Positions 6,934-13,934 of a stretch of DNA of 18,300 nt are shown here, piece after piece; within the stretch, counting starts at the first letter, position 1; every line of letters starts with the position of its first letter. This DNA is from a virus (Duplodnaviria > Heunggongvirae > Uroviricota > Caudoviricetes). A model generated the notes under the pieces. It had not been told where the DNA came from. It saw only the letters and a list, made by a program, of their open reading frames with translations, and did not search any database. Made by a program: the position numbers and the translations under genes. The DNA lies in IMG/VR virus record IMGVR_UViG_2529292920_000008, one strand, 5' to 3'.

Positions 6934-7648
6934 GTTAATAAATGGCAATGCCATAAAAATGACAAGCATTGAAATCGCTGAGTTGGTTGGTAAGCGTCAT
7001 GACAATGTGAAACGTACCATCGAAACGCTGGCTAAAAATGGTGTTATCCGGCTTCCTCAAATTGAGGATTGTGGAAGAATCAATGGGTTAGGCTTAAATC
7101 AAAGTTTTTGTGTGTATGTATTCGAAGGCGAACAAGGAAAGCGAGACAGTATTGTCGTTGTAGCCCAGTTGTCGCCGGAATTCACGGCTCGCCTTGTTGA
7201 CCGTTGGCGAGAGCTTGAAGAAGCTGCGGTTAATATCCCAAAAACGCTACCAGAAGCGTTGCGCCTTGCTGCTGACCTTGCTGAGCAGAAAATGCAACTG
7301 GAAAACCAGCTAGCAATTGCCGCACCTAAAGTTGAGTTTGCCGATCGCGTTGGCGAGGCCAGCGGAATTTTGATTGGAAACTTTGCAAAGGTTGTTGGAA
7401 TTGGTCCAAACAAACTGTTTGCGTGGATGCGCGATCACAAAATCCTTATTGCTTCAGGTTCCCGGCGCAATGTGCCAATGCAGGAATATATGGATCGCGG
7501 CTATTTCACAGTGAAAGAAACAGCGGTCAACACAAATCACGGAATACAGATATCGTTCACCACAAAAATCACCGGGTGTGGTCAACAGTGGCTGACCAGA
7601 AAGCTGCTCGATAACGGAATGCTGAAAGTAACAGGGGAGGCTGCTTAA
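6926..7648 (+). CDS. phage antirepressor-type protein (Rha-like N-terminal region plus AntB/KilAC-like C-terminal domain)
   Basis: 240 aa. N-terminal MTSIEIAELVGKRHDNVKRTIETL resembles the Rha regulatory motif; C-terminal half resembles Ant-type antirepressor C-domains. Family assignment from memory. Confidence 0.7.
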   Translation: MNELINGNAIKMTSIEIAELVGKRHDNVKRTIETLAKNGVIRLPQIEDCGRINGLGLNQSFCVYVFEGEQGKRDSIVVVAQLSPEFTARLVDRWRELEEAAVNIPKTLPEALRLAADLAEQKMQLENQLAIAAPKVEFADRVGEASGILIGNFAKVVGIGPNKLFAWMRDHKILIASGSRRNVPMQEYMDRGYFTVKETAVNTNHGIQISFTTKITGCGQQWLTRKLLDNGMLKVTGEAA

Positions 7649-7938
7649 TGGCTAACCTACGCAAAGAAGCTCGCGGCAGAGAATGCCAGGTACGTATTTA
7701 CGGCGTATGCAATGGCAACCCTGAAACTACAGTTCTGGCACATTACCGGATGGCTGGAATTTGCGGAACGGGAATGAAGCCTGACGACCTGATCGGCGCA
7801 TGGGCTTGTAGCGCGTGTCACGATGAAATCGACCGACGCACCCATAACCTCGACAACAAAGACGCCAGACTTTACCACCTCGAAGGCGTGATCAGGACGC
7901 AGGCGATACTGCTGAAGGAGGGGAAGATTAAGCCATGA
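7648..7938 (+). CDS. YbcO-like protein (DUF1364, Cys/His-rich putative nuclease of the nin region)
   Basis: 96 aa with ARGRECQVRIYGVCNGNPETTVLAHYR and WACSACHDEIDRRTH motifs, matching recalled DLP12 YbcO. Immediately precedes rusA, as in DLP12. Confidence 0.75.
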   Translation: MANLRKEARGRECQVRIYGVCNGNPETTVLAHYRMAGICGTGMKPDDLIGAWACSACHDEIDRRTHNLDNKDARLYHLEGVIRTQAILLKEGKIKP

Positions 7939-8297
7939 ACGAATATCAGTTTGTGCTTCCATACCCGCCGTCGGTGAATACCTACTGGCGAAGACGGGGA
8001 GGCCAATACTACATCAGCGATAAAGGCCAGAAATACCGAAAAGACGTTCAGCAAATCATTCGCCAACTCAAGTTAGACATTTTCACCAAATCACGACTCC
8101 GTATCAAAGTCATCGCAGACGTTCCAGACTCCCGCCGCCGCGACCTCGACAACATCCTGAAAGGTTTACTCGACTCCCTTATCCACGCCGGATTTGCGGA
8201 AGACGACGAGCAATTCGATGACATTCGCGTAATTCGTGGTGTGAAAGTACCAGGCGGAAGGCTTGGAATAAAAATCACCGAACTGGAGAACACATGA
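7935..8297 (+). CDS. rusA: RusA-family Holliday junction resolvase
   Basis: 120 aa with LPYPPSVNTYW, RRRDLDN and GGRLGIKITE motifs typical of RusA. ATGA overlap with the YbcO-like gene. Confidence 0.9.
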   Translation: MNEYQFVLPYPPSVNTYWRRRGGQYYISDKGQKYRKDVQQIIRQLKLDIFTKSRLRIKVIADVPDSRRRDLDNILKGLLDSLIHAGFAEDDEQFDDIRVIRGVKVPGGRLGIKITELENT

Positions 8298-8428
8298 ACA
8301 AAGCATTCGAACGATATATGCGCCAGCGTTATGGCAATCGCTACGATCTTACCCGCGATGCTTACGGCTTCTACTGTCGTGAGGTTGTGAAACGAATGTT
8401 TGAAGTGTGGTGTCATTGCAAAGGATAG
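8294..8428 (+). CDS. small hypothetical protein (44 aa), translationally coupled to rusA, in the position of DLP12 ylcG
   Basis: ATG 8294 overlaps the rusA stop (ATGA). Product MNKAFERYMRQRYGNRYDLTRDAYGFYCREVVKRMFEVWCHCKG; stop TAG at 8426-8428. Below the ORF-track length cutoff. Confidence 0.45.
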   Translation: MNKAFERYMRQRYGNRYDLTRDAYGFYCREVVKRMFEVWCHCKG

Positions 8429-8439
8429 AGGGGAAGACG

Positions 8440-9063
8440 ATGAGACTCGAAAGCGTAGCTAAATTTCATTCGCCAAAAAGCCCGATGATGAGCGACTCAC
8501 CACGGGCCACGGCTTCTGACTCTCTTTCCGGTACTGATGTGATGGCTGCTATGGGGATGGCGCAATCACAAGCCGGATTCGGAATGGCTGCATTCTGCGG
8601 TAAGCACGAACTCAGCCAGAACGACAAACAAAAGGCTATCAACTATCTGATGCAATTTGCACACAAGGTATCGGGGAAATACCGTGGCGTGGCAAAGCTT
8701 GAAGGAAATACTAAGGCAAAGGTACTGCAAGTGCTCGCAACATTCGCTTATGCGGATTATTGCCGTAGTGCCGCGACGCCGGGCGCAAGATGCAGAGATT
8801 GCCACGGTACAGGCCGTGCGGTTGATATAGCCAAAACAGAGCAGTGGGGGATAGTTGCTGAGAAAGAGTGCGGAAGATGTAAAGGCGTCGGTTATTCAAG
8901 AATGCCAGCAAGCGCCGCATATCGCGCTGTGACGATGCTAATCCCAAACCTTACCCAACCCACCTGGTCACGCACTGTTAAGCCGCTGTATGACGCTCTG
9001 GTTGTGCAATGCCACAAGGAAGAGTCAATCGCAGACAACATTTTGAATGCGATCACACGTTAG
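8440..9063 (+). CDS. Q: late gene antiterminator Q (lambda type)
   Basis: 207 aa from MRLESVAKFHSPKSPMMSDSPRATASD..., near-identical to lambda Q as recalled. The ORF-track start at 8407 is an upstream extension. Confidence 0.95.
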   Translation: MRLESVAKFHSPKSPMMSDSPRATASDSLSGTDVMAAMGMAQSQAGFGMAAFCGKHELSQNDKQKAINYLMQFAHKVSGKYRGVAKLEGNTKAKVLQVLATFAYADYCRSAATPGARCRDCHGTGRAVDIAKTEQWGIVAEKECGRCKGVGYSRMPASAAYRAVTMLIPNLTQPTWSRTVKPLYDALVVQCHKEESIADNILNAITR

Positions 9064-9099
9064 CGCCATGATTGCCACGGATGGCAACATATTAACGGC

Positions 9100-9160
9100 A
9101 TAATATTGACTTTTTGAATAACTTTGGGGAAACTTGACACCAATAATGGGCGTTTTTTAC
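9100..9160 (+). promoter_or_regulatory. late promoter PR' with qut-like region (lambda-like)
   Basis: ATTGACTTTTTGAATAACTTTGGGGAAACTTGACACCAATAATGGGCG closely parallels the lambda PR'/qut sequence as recalled. -35 TTGACT at 9107-9112, 17-bp spacer, -10-like GAAACT. Confidence 0.5.
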
Positions 9161-9300
9161 ATGTCATTGATGAGTCTCAATAACCTGCCGCCGAGTAGTT
9201 TTTATGCTCTGAATTGTATTTGTGTAGTAAACATGCTGACTGCAATGTAATAGAGTTTTTTTAGCCTGTAACCTCTTGACGGCATTGAATTGCTTTTGTT

Positions 9301-10059
9301 ATGAGTTGTAAGCCAATGTTATCATCTTGTATTGGGGTGGTTATGAAGGATGGTGCACTGCTCAGGAGTTCTTCACTTTTTATTGCCTACATGGGATGCC
9401 TTGGATGGGGGAGTGCTTATTTCTATGGATGGGGTACTTCTTTTTACTACGGCTTCCCATGGTGGATTGTAGGTGCAGGTGTTGATGATGTTGCCAGAAG
9501 TTTATTTTTTGCAGTTATCGTCATTGCTATATTTCTTATCGGTTGGGGTATTGGTGTTGTATTCTTTTTCGCAGTGAAAAGAAAACATTCTATGCAAGAG
9601 CTAAATGTATTTCGCCTTTATTTTGCTGTGGAATTATTGTTTGTGCCGGCAATTATTGAGTTTTCTATATTGAGACAGAAGATTCAGGTACCTCTTTTGC
9701 TACTGTCAGCAGCGATTGCGCTGGCGGTTACAATTTCGATAAGATCTTATGGGCGATTTTTATCGGTATCATGCTTCTATGATAAGCCATTTATAAAAAA
9801 ACATTTTTTTGAGATTGTGATGATTGCTTTTGTGGCATATTTTGGGCTTTTTTCATTTCTGACAGGATATTACAAACCACAGTTTAAGAAAGAATATGAA
9901 ATGATTAATTATAATGATGGTTGGTATTATGTTCTTGCTCGTTATGATAATTGTCTGGTTTTGTCTACTTCTTTCAATGCAGGTAGTAAAAGGTTTGTCA
10001 TTTATCAATCAGCACAAGATAAGAATCTTCAGGTTGATATTGTAAGGACCAGAATTTAA
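9301..10059 (+). CDS. hypothetical multi-pass inner-membrane protein; moron between PR' and the lysis cassette
   Basis: 252-aa ORF (alternative start ATG 9343 behind GGGGTGG) with about 5 hydrophobic helices (e.g. LFFAVIVIAIFLIGWGIGVVFFFAV) and a ~50-aa hydrophilic C-terminal tail. AT-rich relative to flanking genes. No family recognised. Confidence 0.6.
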   Translation: MSCKPMLSSCIGVVMKDGALLRSSSLFIAYMGCLGWGSAYFYGWGTSFYYGFPWWIVGAGVDDVARSLFFAVIVIAIFLIGWGIGVVFFFAVKRKHSMQELNVFRLYFAVELLFVPAIIEFSILRQKIQVPLLLLSAAIALAVTISIRSYGRFLSVSCFYDKPFIKKHFFEIVMIAFVAYFGLFSFLTGYYKPQFKKEYEMINYNDGWYYVLARYDNCLVLSTSFNAGSKRFVIYQSAQDKNLQVDIVRTRI

Positions 10060-10489
10060 TTGGCTGCATAAATAATATTTTAAGTTGCAAGTTGGCTATT
10101 CGTAGGAATAGAACCTTAGGCATGCTGAATGCGTTTTCTGAACATTGTTTTATAAACTGTGTCTGCTTGCTGTTGTGATCCTGCTTTTAGTGATGGTGAT
10201 GATGGATTTCACCAGCAGGATAATGTTGGTACTGACTGATGGCGCTCTGGTCTGCGGCATTGTGGTATTGCTGTGGCCGATGATGAAAGAACAGAATGAA
10301 TAATCCTTGACTTTTTTGTTTACTGTTTATTAAAAAATCAACCGCATGGTGAATCCTCCTTGGAGGGGCTAAATGATCGAGTTTTAAGGGCACGTAGCGA
10401 GTTCTGTTTGATCATTGCAGAACTTAGCGGGAGGCGCCATGCGTACATCACTAATGTTATTTCCTTCTATCATTTTCCTTGTGAGTTCT

Positions 10490-10516
10490 GGCTGCGCATG
10501 GCGCGGCCTTTTTTTT
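10490..10516 (+). terminator. intrinsic terminator, plus strand (tR'-like candidate)
   Basis: 8-bp stem GGCTGCGC/GCGCGGCC (one G-U pair), 3-nt loop, followed by eight T residues. Confidence 0.6.
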
Positions 10517-10692
10517 ATGACCTGCCACTGGCAGATGGTCATCCTGTGATTTGATTCCGGTTCCGGCTTTTTAACTCTGTTCCTGTACACGGGAGAAATT
10601 CTATGTCGATTAATCGTTATGATATTGGTTACAAGAAGTACCACGTATTGTGTTGAGATAGAAAGCATGGTGCCAGAGGTAAATGCAGCAGC

Positions 10693-10745
10693 ATAATAAA
10701 AAAGAGCCAGCGCAGAAGAGAACGGGTAAAAGAGTCTGCGCTGGC
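10693..10745 (-). terminator. intrinsic terminator, minus strand
   Basis: Perfect 11-bp inverted repeat GCCAGCGCAGA / TCTGCGCTGGC (10706-10716 with 10735-10745), 18-nt loop, followed on the minus strand by CUCUUUUUUAUUAU. Confidence 0.45.
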
Positions 10746-10861
10746 GTGGGGATATTCCCCGTGGAGAAATGATATGTAACACACATCGGGAACCTTTCTA
10801 TATAAACATTATCATTATTGTCAATCATAACAGTCAGGTATTATGACGTTTATGCATCAGG

Positions 10862-10893
10862 GCCATCAGGAATTAACTGGTGGCTTTTTATTG
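10862..10893 (+). terminator. intrinsic terminator, plus strand, just upstream of the holin gene
   Basis: 8-bp stem GCCATCAG/CTGGTGGC (one G-U pair), 7-nt loop, then TTTTTATTG. Confidence 0.5.
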
Positions 10894-10924
10894 TTGTCAG
10901 CTTCCGGATAACGGGAGACGGAGT

Positions 10925-11140
10925 ATGTATCAGATGGAAAAAATCACAACAGGTGTGTCATACACCACGTCAGCGGTGGGGACGGGATACTGGTTACTGC
11001 AGCTGCTGGACAAAGTCTCTCCGTCCCAGTGGGTGGCAATAGGTGTGCTGGGAAGTCTGCTGTTTGGCCTGCTGACGTATCTGACAAATCTTTATTTCAA
11101 GATTAAAGAAGATAAGCGTAAGGCTGCGAGAGGTGAATAA
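10925..11140 (+). CDS. class II holin / pinholin (phage 21 S-like) with dual-start motif
   Basis: 71 aa [71 protein letters not shown]: two TM segments, Met1/Met4 dual start, charged C-terminus; resembles S21 as recalled. GGGAGACGGAG Shine-Dalgarno. Confidence 0.85.
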   Translation: MYQMEKITTGVSYTTSAVGTGYWLLQLLDKVSPSQWVAIGVLGSLLFGLLTYLTNLYFKIKEDKRKAARGE

Positions 11141-11637
11141 TGTCGCCGTCATTACGCAAGGCTGTTGCAGCTGCTATTGGTGGTGGGGCTGTTGCCATAG
11201 CGTCTGTGCTCATCACTGGTCCAGGTGGTAACGATGGTCTGGAAGGTGTCAGCTACATACCATACAAAGATATCGTTGGCGTATGGACTGTATGTCACGG
11301 ACACACCGGAAAAGACATCATGCCCGGTAAAACGTATACCGAAGCAGAATGCAAAGCCCTCCTGAATAAAGACCTTGCCACGGTCGCCAGACAAATTAAC
11401 CCGTACATCAACGTCGATATACCGGAAACAACGCGCGGCGCTCTTTACTCGTTCGTTTACAACGTGGGCGCTGGCAATTTCAGAACATCGACGCTTCTTC
11501 GCAAAATAAACCAGGGTGATATCAAAGGCGCATGTGACCAGCTACGTCGCTGGACATACGCTGGCGGTAAGCAATGGAAAGGGCTGATGACCCGTCGTGA
11601 TATTGAGCGTGAAGTCTGTTTGTGGGGGCAGCAATGA
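11140..11637 (+). CDS. SAR endolysin (lysozyme with N-terminal signal-anchor-release domain, R21-like)
   Basis: 165 aa with a Gly/Ala-rich weakly hydrophobic N-terminus ([20 protein letters not shown]) followed by a lysozyme-like domain. Directly follows the pinholin, a known functional pairing. Confidence 0.85.
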   Translation: MSPSLRKAVAAAIGGGAVAIASVLITGPGGNDGLEGVSYIPYKDIVGVWTVCHGHTGKDIMPGKTYTEAECKALLNKDLATVARQINPYINVDIPETTRGALYSFVYNVGAGNFRTSTLLRKINQGDIKGACDQLRRWTYAGGKQWKGLMTRRDIEREVCLWGQQ

Positions 11638-12101
11638 GCAGGGTAACCGCGATTATCTCCGCTCTGGTTATTTGCATCATCCTCTGCCTGTCATGGGCTG
11701 TTAATCATTACCGTGATAACGCCATCGCCTACAAAGAGCAGCGTGATAAAAAAGTCAGTGAGCTGAAGCAGGCGACCGCCACCATTACTGACATGCAGCA
11801 ACGCCAGCGTGCTGCTGATGTACTCGATGCTAAATACACGAAGGAGTTAGCCAATGCGAAAGCTGAAAATGATGCTCTTCGGCGTAAGCTTGATAATGGT
11901 GGTCGGGTGCTCGTCAAAGGAAAATGCCCTGTGCCAGCCTCAGCCAAAACCTCCAGCTCCTCCGGCATGGGCAATGATGCCACCGTCGAACTCTCTTCAG
12001 TTGCTGGACGAAACGTTCTCGGTATCCGGGACGGAATTATCCGTGACCAAACAGCACTGAGAACGCTTCAGGAGTACATCAGGACGCAATGCCTGAAATA
12101 A
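11634..12101 (+). CDS. Rz: Rz i-spanin (N-terminus lambda-like, C-terminal half diverged)
   Basis: [31 protein letters not shown]... matches lambda Rz over roughly the first 100 residues as recalled; the C-terminus differs. ATGA overlap with the endolysin stop. Confidence 0.9.
   Translation: MSRVTAIISALVICIILCLSWAVNHYRDNAIAYKEQRDKKVSELKQATATITDMQQRQRAADVLDAKYTKELANAKAENDALRRKLDNGGRVLVKGKCPVPASAKTSSSSGMGNDATVELSSVAGRNVLGIRDGIIRDQTALRTLQEYIRTQCLK
11854..12060 (+). CDS. Rz1: Rz1 o-spanin lipoprotein, embedded in the +1 frame of Rz
   Basis: [21 protein letters not shown]...: signal peptide with lipobox-like VVGC and a proline-rich mature region ([12 protein letters not shown]). Embedded arrangement typical of Rz/Rz1. 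Confidence 0.8.
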   Translation: MRKLKMMLFGVSLIMVVGCSSKENALCQPQPKPPAPPAWAMMPPSNSLQLLDETFSVSGTELSVTKQH

Positions 12102-12133
12102 TTTTTTTGCAAATCACAAAGTCAATTTAATGA

Positions 12134-12156
12134 GCCTCGCGATGCGGGGCTTTTTT
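12134..12156 (+). terminator. intrinsic terminator after the lysis cassette
   Basis: 7-bp stem GCCTCGC/GCGGGGC (one G-U pair), 3-nt loop, followed by TTTTTT. Confidence 0.6.
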
Positions 12157-12299
12157 ATGTCCGCAGTAAACGCGCATCTCACGCGCATATTAACGAGAGC
12201 CTTTCAGTAAGCGAGCCTGAGAAATGCCGTTATAGGTGGCGACCTCTCTCGGGCGGCTTTTCTGTGAGACAGGCTCACTTTCTAAAAGGTAAAGACGCT

Positions 12300-12824
12300 A
12301 TGAATAATCATTCAGTTATTCCAGCCTTCGACTTCCGAGAAATGGTGCAAGCCAAAAACGGAGAGGTCGTTACCACATCCAGAAAAATTGCCAAGTACTT
12401 CGGCAAGCGACACGGTGATGTTCTCAGGAAAATCGAGCAGGTTAAGGCTGATTGCTCGCGTGAGTTTAGCCAACGCAATTTTGCGTCGGCTGATTATATC
12501 GATGAGCAGGGCAAGGTTCGCCCGATGTACAGCCTGACGAAAGATGGCTGGATCATGGTTGTGATGGGGTTCACCGGGAAAGCTGCTGCGGCAATCAAGG
12601 AGAGCTATATCGCAGCATTCAACTGGATGGCAGAGCAACTGAGCCGCCGCATGGCAATTGGCGAAGAAATGCAGCACCGCTACGCCATCAAAGAAACACG
12701 CTCAAAGCTGAAAGGTACGATCGGCAGTCGGTTAATGAACGAACGGAAGAAAGAGAAGCGTGTCCTGGCTGTCGAGCATGAATACATTTTGCAGGTGACA
12801 CAGCCTGAACTGCTGATTAATTGA
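12300..12824 (+). CDS. Rha-family phage regulatory protein
   Basis: N-terminal VVTTSRKIAKYFGKRHGDVLRKIEQV matches the Rha N-terminal motif. Start taken at ATG 12300 (the ORF track gives GTG 12264). Sits between the lysis cassette and cos. Confidence 0.7.
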   Translation: MNNHSVIPAFDFREMVQAKNGEVVTTSRKIAKYFGKRHGDVLRKIEQVKADCSREFSQRNFASADYIDEQGKVRPMYSLTKDGWIMVVMGFTGKAAAAIKESYIAAFNWMAEQLSRRMAIGEEMQHRYAIKETRSKLKGTIGSRLMNERKKEKRVLAVEHEYILQVTQPELLIN

Positions 12825-13220
12825 AGATGTCATTACAAAGCCTATCTACGGGTGGGCTTGATAATGGCTTATACCCTGCACGGGATAACTTAACTGATAT
12901 CCCTTTTAACGGATAAAGGTATTCAAGCCTGACACATCATGCGCTGTATCGTCGCCGTATTCCCGCATTAACCATGATCGTAGCCCGACGGGGAATTCCT
13001 TCTGCGTGAGTGTGCGGGAATAATCAAAAACGATGCACACCGGGTTTTTACCGCGTTTATGATTCGTGGGTTTGTCCCTCATGCTCGCCAGTCCTGTGCG
13101 GGGGTGGAAGAAACAGGACGCTCACACAGATTCTTGTAGGTACGATGCTATTCCTTTCTGGATTATCCCGATGCCATTCATGCAGGGCGCTGTATCAGAC
13201 GTTCGTCATGGCTGTCAGGC

Positions 13221-13270
13221 TGACGGGTCCTCCTGGTGGGGTGGCCTGCCACGGGGCGGGAGCGTCGCGG
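13221..13270. other. cos site candidate (cosQ/cosN region), lambda-like
   Basis: TGACGGGTCCTCCTGGTGGGGTGGCCTGCCACGGGGCGGGAGCGTCGCGG aligns with the lambda right-end/left-end junction as recalled (ACGGGTCCT ... ACGGGGCGG ... CGCGG). Lies ~175 bp upstream of the small terminase gene, as in lambda. Confidence 0.55.
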
Positions 13271-13439
13271 AAAAAGGCTAGTTTTTGAAATTTCATTCGT
13301 CATCACCACTGCTGTAATTGATTGATATTGCAGTAGTTTTATTTTTGCGGTGTCGATTTTGATTGTTTTTTGTTCATCACTAACACCGTTTGCCTAAAGT
13401 TGTTCGCAAGATGCATGTTTAAAACATTCTGGAGCGGGT

Positions 13440-13934
13440 ATGGATCGAGAGTTAAAAAATCTGACGCTGAATATCAGTCAACTGGCGGCACTGTCAGGTG
13501 TACATCGCCAGACTGCTGCGGCAAGGCTGCAAAATCTACCCGTTGCAGGGGGGCATGAAAGCAACCTCAAGCTTTATCGGGTGGTTGATATTGTGTCGGC
13601 ATTTCTGGCATTGCCACCGCCGGTTGCAGAAGGCGAAATGGACGCGCATGAGCGCAAAGCCTGGTATCAGTCTGAACGTGAGCGTCTTAAGTTCGAACAG
13701 GAAACGGCACAACTCATTCCGGCCAGTGATGTCAGACGGGAGTTTGCCATCTGGGCAAAAGCGGTCGTGCAGGTGCTGGAGACATTACCGGATATTCTGG
13801 AACGTGACTGCGGTCTGCAGCCTGCCGCTGTGAGCCGTGTTCAGTCCATTATTGATGATCTGCGCGATCAGATAGCCCTGCGGGTGACTGAAGCAGGTGC
13901 GGATGATGAGGAGGAATTACAGCAGGAGGAGTAA
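13440..13934 (+). CDS. terminase small subunit (Nu1-like)
   Basis: 164 aa with an N-terminal HTH-like LNISQLAALSGVHRQTAAARLQ and an acidic C-terminus. Immediately precedes and overlaps the large terminase start. Confidence 0.8.
   Translation: MDRELKNLTLNISQLAALSGVHRQTAAARLQNLPVAGGHESNLKLYRVVDIVSAFLALPPPVAEGEMDAHERKAWYQSERERLKFEQETAQLIPASDVRREFAIWAKAVVQVLETLPDILERDCGLQPAAVSRVQSIIDDLRDQIALRVTEAGADDEEELQQEE

Noticed and set aside
5787-8947. Multiple antisense or alternative-frame ORFs across the nin region and Q (e.g. 5787-5996, 6194-6718, 7099-7413, 7657-7962, 8048-8416, 8566-8805, 8711-8947)
   Set aside because: Each overlaps a plus-strand gene supported by conserved motifs and translational coupling. 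None has a convincing start context.
10187-10828. Minus-strand ORFs 10187-10393 (His-rich end), 10384-10782 (132 aa), 10610-10828 (72 aa) and plus-strand ORF 10360-10554
   Set aside because: They run through intrinsic terminator hairpins and promoter-like sequences and have odd composition. Treated as noncoding, though a short peptide in this interval is kept open in the findings.
12830-13440. Search for tRNA genes and for coding potential (ORFs 13010-13288 and 13066-13281) between the Rha-family gene and the terminase
   Set aside because: No T-loop (GGTTCGAATCC-like) or cloverleaf signatures were found by eye. The two ORFs are Cys/Gly/Arg-rich frames with no start signals that overlap the cos-homologous sequence. 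The interval is better explained as cosQ/cosN/cosB.
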